Of a stretch of 64,000 bases of DNA, positions 61,764 through 64,000 are shown in pieces. The notes under the pieces were generated by a model that searched no databases, was not told the DNA's origin, and saw only the letters and a list, made by a program, of their open reading frames with translations. This DNA comes from Candidatus Latescibacterota bacterium. Lineage in GTDB: Bacteria > Latescibacterota > CBDEFO01. The position numbers and the translations under genes were made by a program. The stretch lies in assembly GCA_965248755.1 (NCBI GenBank), contig OZ252149.1, positions 3,808,001 to 3,872,000 on the forward strand. The letters are read 5' to 3'. Position 1 is the first letter of the stretch; every line of letters starts with the position of its first letter.

Positions 61764-62800
61764 CTTACCTTTCCTCTCGCTTCGACCTTCCATATGACTT
61801 CGACCTTGCCGTTCCTGACGGCTACCACCTCATCGTGCAGATTTGTAGTCATCCCCTGATGAGTCGGTATCACAGAGAGCCTTTCGCCCACTTTAAACCT
61901 GTTAGAGCACTTGCTTGTGTTCAGGTGCCCGTGCTCCACAGACATAGCGTATATTTCAAGCTCAGGATACTCCATCACATAGCCGTAAGGCGTGGGAGGA
62001 TAACTTGTGAAGGTCTTCTCTCCGCCGTCAATTATGATCCTGTCGGGAGCCGGAGTGCTCACCACCGTTACGATCATACGCATAGCACACGTTTCCGGGT
62101 TCAGTGTGCCGTGTCCCACCCTTGTCATCCCTTCAAAGGCGTAGGAACCCATGCGGGTCTCTGTGCAGCCTATCTCCTTGGACACTGCCTCTGTTCCCGT
62201 TCCGCCTCCGCTGATGATGTTGACAGGGATATTCTCAGCCTCTAAAAGCTCCACAGTCCTTCTTATAAACGTTTCAGCTTCGATTGTGCTCGGATAGGTC
62301 ATAATGCCCTGGAAATCGAGGCCGGGCATCTTGACGATCCTCTTTGCGAGTTTTAAAGCCGCCTCAGGAGACTGAACGCCGCACCTCTTTCCTCCCGTGT
62401 CTAATTCGATGATGACTCGGACTTTGCAGTTGTCCATTTGTGCCTGTCTTGAAATACCCAGGGACGCATCCTCCGAGTCCACAGCCACAGTTACAATAGC
62501 CCTTCGTAACAATCTTGTCAATCGCTCCAATTTCCCTTTTCCCACGATATTGTAGGGGATTAAAATGTCCCTGATCCCAGTGGCGCACATAACCTCAGCC
62601 TCACCCAACTTTTGGCAGACTATGCCTATCGCCCCAGCCTCCAACTGCATGTGTGCGATCTCGGGGATCTTATGAGTCTTTATGTGGGCTCTCAAATTGA
62701 TGTCGTGTTTGCGGCAGGAGTCCGCTGCATTTCTTATGTTCTTTTCTAGAATAGCCAGATCCACAGTCAAGGCAGGGGTGTCCAGATCATCTACGGTCAT
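61760..62800 (-). CDS. PLP-dependent D-threonine aldolase / DSD1-like enzyme
   Basis: LDTP, R.H.KTHK, RCGV, SGGGT, EHG. Confidence 0.85.
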   Translation of the reverse strand: MTVDDLDTPALTVDLAILEKNIRNAADSCRKHDINLRAHIKTHKIPEIAHMQLEAGAIGIVCQKLGEAEVMCATGIRDILIPYNIVGKGKLERLTRLLRRAIVTVAVDSEDASLGISRQAQMDNCKVRVIIELDTGGKRCGVQSPEAALKLAKRIVKMPGLDFQGIMTYPSTIEAETFIRRTVELLEAENIPVNIISGGGTGTEAVSKEIGCTETRMGSYAFEGMTRVGHGTLNPETCAMRMIVTVVSTPAPDRIIIDGGEKTFTSYPPTPYGYVMEYPELEIYAMSVEHGHLNTSKCSNRFKVGERLSVIPTHQGMTTNLHDEVVAVRNGKVEVIWKVEARGKVR

Positions 62801-62818
62801 TGAGTTCTCCTGTTCTAT

Positions 62819-63559
62819 CTACATGTAGACTACTGTCTCGATTCCAATGGAAATCGAACGGAAAACGGCTTTCAGGTCATTTTCGTCGAGTGTTACATAT
62901 ATCCGATGGGGAAGGCGGTCCCTCGCAGGAGGATAAAAAGACAAGGATTCCCAGAACGAATTCTTTATTAACCGGCTTATATCCACCATCCTATCGATCA
63001 ATTGGAGCGTGGGCTTTGTCGCCTCTAACGGTGTAGTGCCGTCAGATCTTACGTAGACCTTCAGTTCGCGATCGAAGCAGAGGATATATGAACTCGGTGT
63101 TTGCACTATGGAGGACTCGACTTTCAAGTCCTGAAGAGCCGAACTTAATGTATCCGCGTCCAGTTCTTCCAAGATCTGTTCTGGAGCAGCACCGACCTCT
63201 TTGCCTTGTAATATGAAAAGCCGCTCGGTTGGTAGTTCTGCGCCCTCTTGTAACCTGCTTTCAACCTGCACGGATAGGGCGACCCATTCGATGAGGACGG
63301 CACCTCGCAGCTTTAATTTCAATTTCTCAGATAGAGTGTCAATTACTAGATAGGGCGACCCTGACGAAGCCAATTCTAACTCTGACTCTAAGAGCCTGCT
63401 CCTTTTTTCCAGTGACAGCTTCTGTCTTTCAAGAGATCTGTAGACTTTCCTTAGACTGTATATGTCCTCCCTGTATCGCTTCAAATTCACATCCGATATA
63501 AATAACAAAACGGAAGCGATCAAAACTGAGCCTACAACCCATTTAAGAGGCGCTGACAT
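62819..63559 (-). CDS. Membrane-anchored hypothetical protein (degenerate L,D-transpeptidase-like fold possible)
   Basis: TM + coiled coil, YLVID..., C-terminal IG..VY pattern; no catalytic H/C motif. Confidence 0.5.
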   Translation of the reverse strand: MSAPLKWVVGSVLIASVLLFISDVNLKRYREDIYSLRKVYRSLERQKLSLEKRSRLLESELELASSGSPYLVIDTLSEKLKLKLRGAVLIEWVALSVQVESRLQEGAELPTERLFILQGKEVGAAPEQILEELDADTLSSALQDLKVESSIVQTPSSYILCFDRELKVYVRSDGTTPLEATKPTLQLIDRMVDISRLIKNSFWESLSFYPPARDRLPHRIYVTLDENDLKAVFRSISIGIETVVYM

Positions 63560-63566
63560 TTTATCA

Positions 63567-63707
63567 GTAGACAGTAGTTAGTATACAGGAGCACGGCCTC
63601 CCCTCTTCCGAGATTACTTTGGGGCTAAAGCCCCTCGCAATGACACCGAGGATTAGAAAACGGTCACTGCGGTCCTCGATTGACCTATCGGGGAAGCGAG
63701 GGAATCT
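63567..63707. repeat. Composite repeat cluster with a 22-bp element variant (63673-63694)
   Basis: gtagacagtag..; gagattac...ctcgcaatgac; gtcactgcgg[tcctcgattgacctatcgggga]agcgagggaatct. Confidence 0.75.
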
Positions 63708-63779
63708 TAAACTGGGACTGCCTCTGCCTGTATGCCGTCCACTGTTTTAGATCTCTACAATCCTATTTTGACCCGATAC

Positions 63780-63998
63780 TTATTTATCCTTTATCCTGTT
63801 AAACTTTACCTCACCCCACGTTTGACTTTCGACCGAAGTCTTATAACCTGGATATCCTGGGCCAGGATGCTCTCCCCATTCCACACCATTAACCCGCGCC
63901 CATAATAATGTGGTCTCCCACTCGCGTGTAGAAATACCACTAAATGCATGGTCCCTTACAATTCCGAGTCCCTTTTCGAATACAATGTAACCACTTCT
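63780..63998 (-). CDS. C-terminus of a probable secreted protein (partial) ending in a TWGxxK motif
   Basis: Open frame ...WARVNGVEWG...TSVESQTWGEVKFNRIKDK*; not in the ORF track. Confidence 0.6.
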   Translation of the reverse strand, partial: RSGYIVFEKGLGIVRDHAFSGISTREWETTLLWARVNGVEWGEHPGPGYPGYKTSVESQTWGEVKFNRIKDK

Positions 63999-64000
63999 TT

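Noticed and set aside
9220..63694. 23-bp palindromes as CRISPR repeats
   Set aside because: They are dispersed and nested, with no regular spacers and no cas genes.

Overview
A 64-kb bacterial chromosomal window. It is probably from an uncultured FCB-superphylum lineage such as Latescibacterota; this is inferred from paired dockerin/EF-hand-like GDFDG modules, a TWGxxK C-terminal motif and a peptidase-PD40-Omp85 fusion. 1-17.2 kb: a Wzx/Wzy-type surface polysaccharide locus (rmlB, Gfo/Idh/MocA, wzi, wza-like, wzz, wzx, wzy, glycosyltransferases, carbamoyltransferase, methyltransferase, WcaJ-like). 17-28 kb: ftsY, an Omp85 fusion, a Nth/UDG repair pair, sthA and a secreted modular protein. 28-40 kb: an accessory, partly decaying catabolic tract. 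40-44.5 kb: radC and a rarA gene split by an IS1380 element that carried 612 bp of foreign DNA with it (5-bp TTTAT duplication). 44.6-64 kb: queA, rsgA, frr-pyrH-tsf-rpsB, rpsI-rplM, tRNA-Leu, purB and other housekeeping genes. The most striking unexplained signal is a 23-bp palindrome (YCCCCGATAGATTCAATCGGGGR) at 13 loci. It inserts into other repeats, nests inside its own copies, and sits in-frame inside protein-coding genes (meaB and a Gfo/Idh/MocA gene). All calls were made by eye, without database searches.
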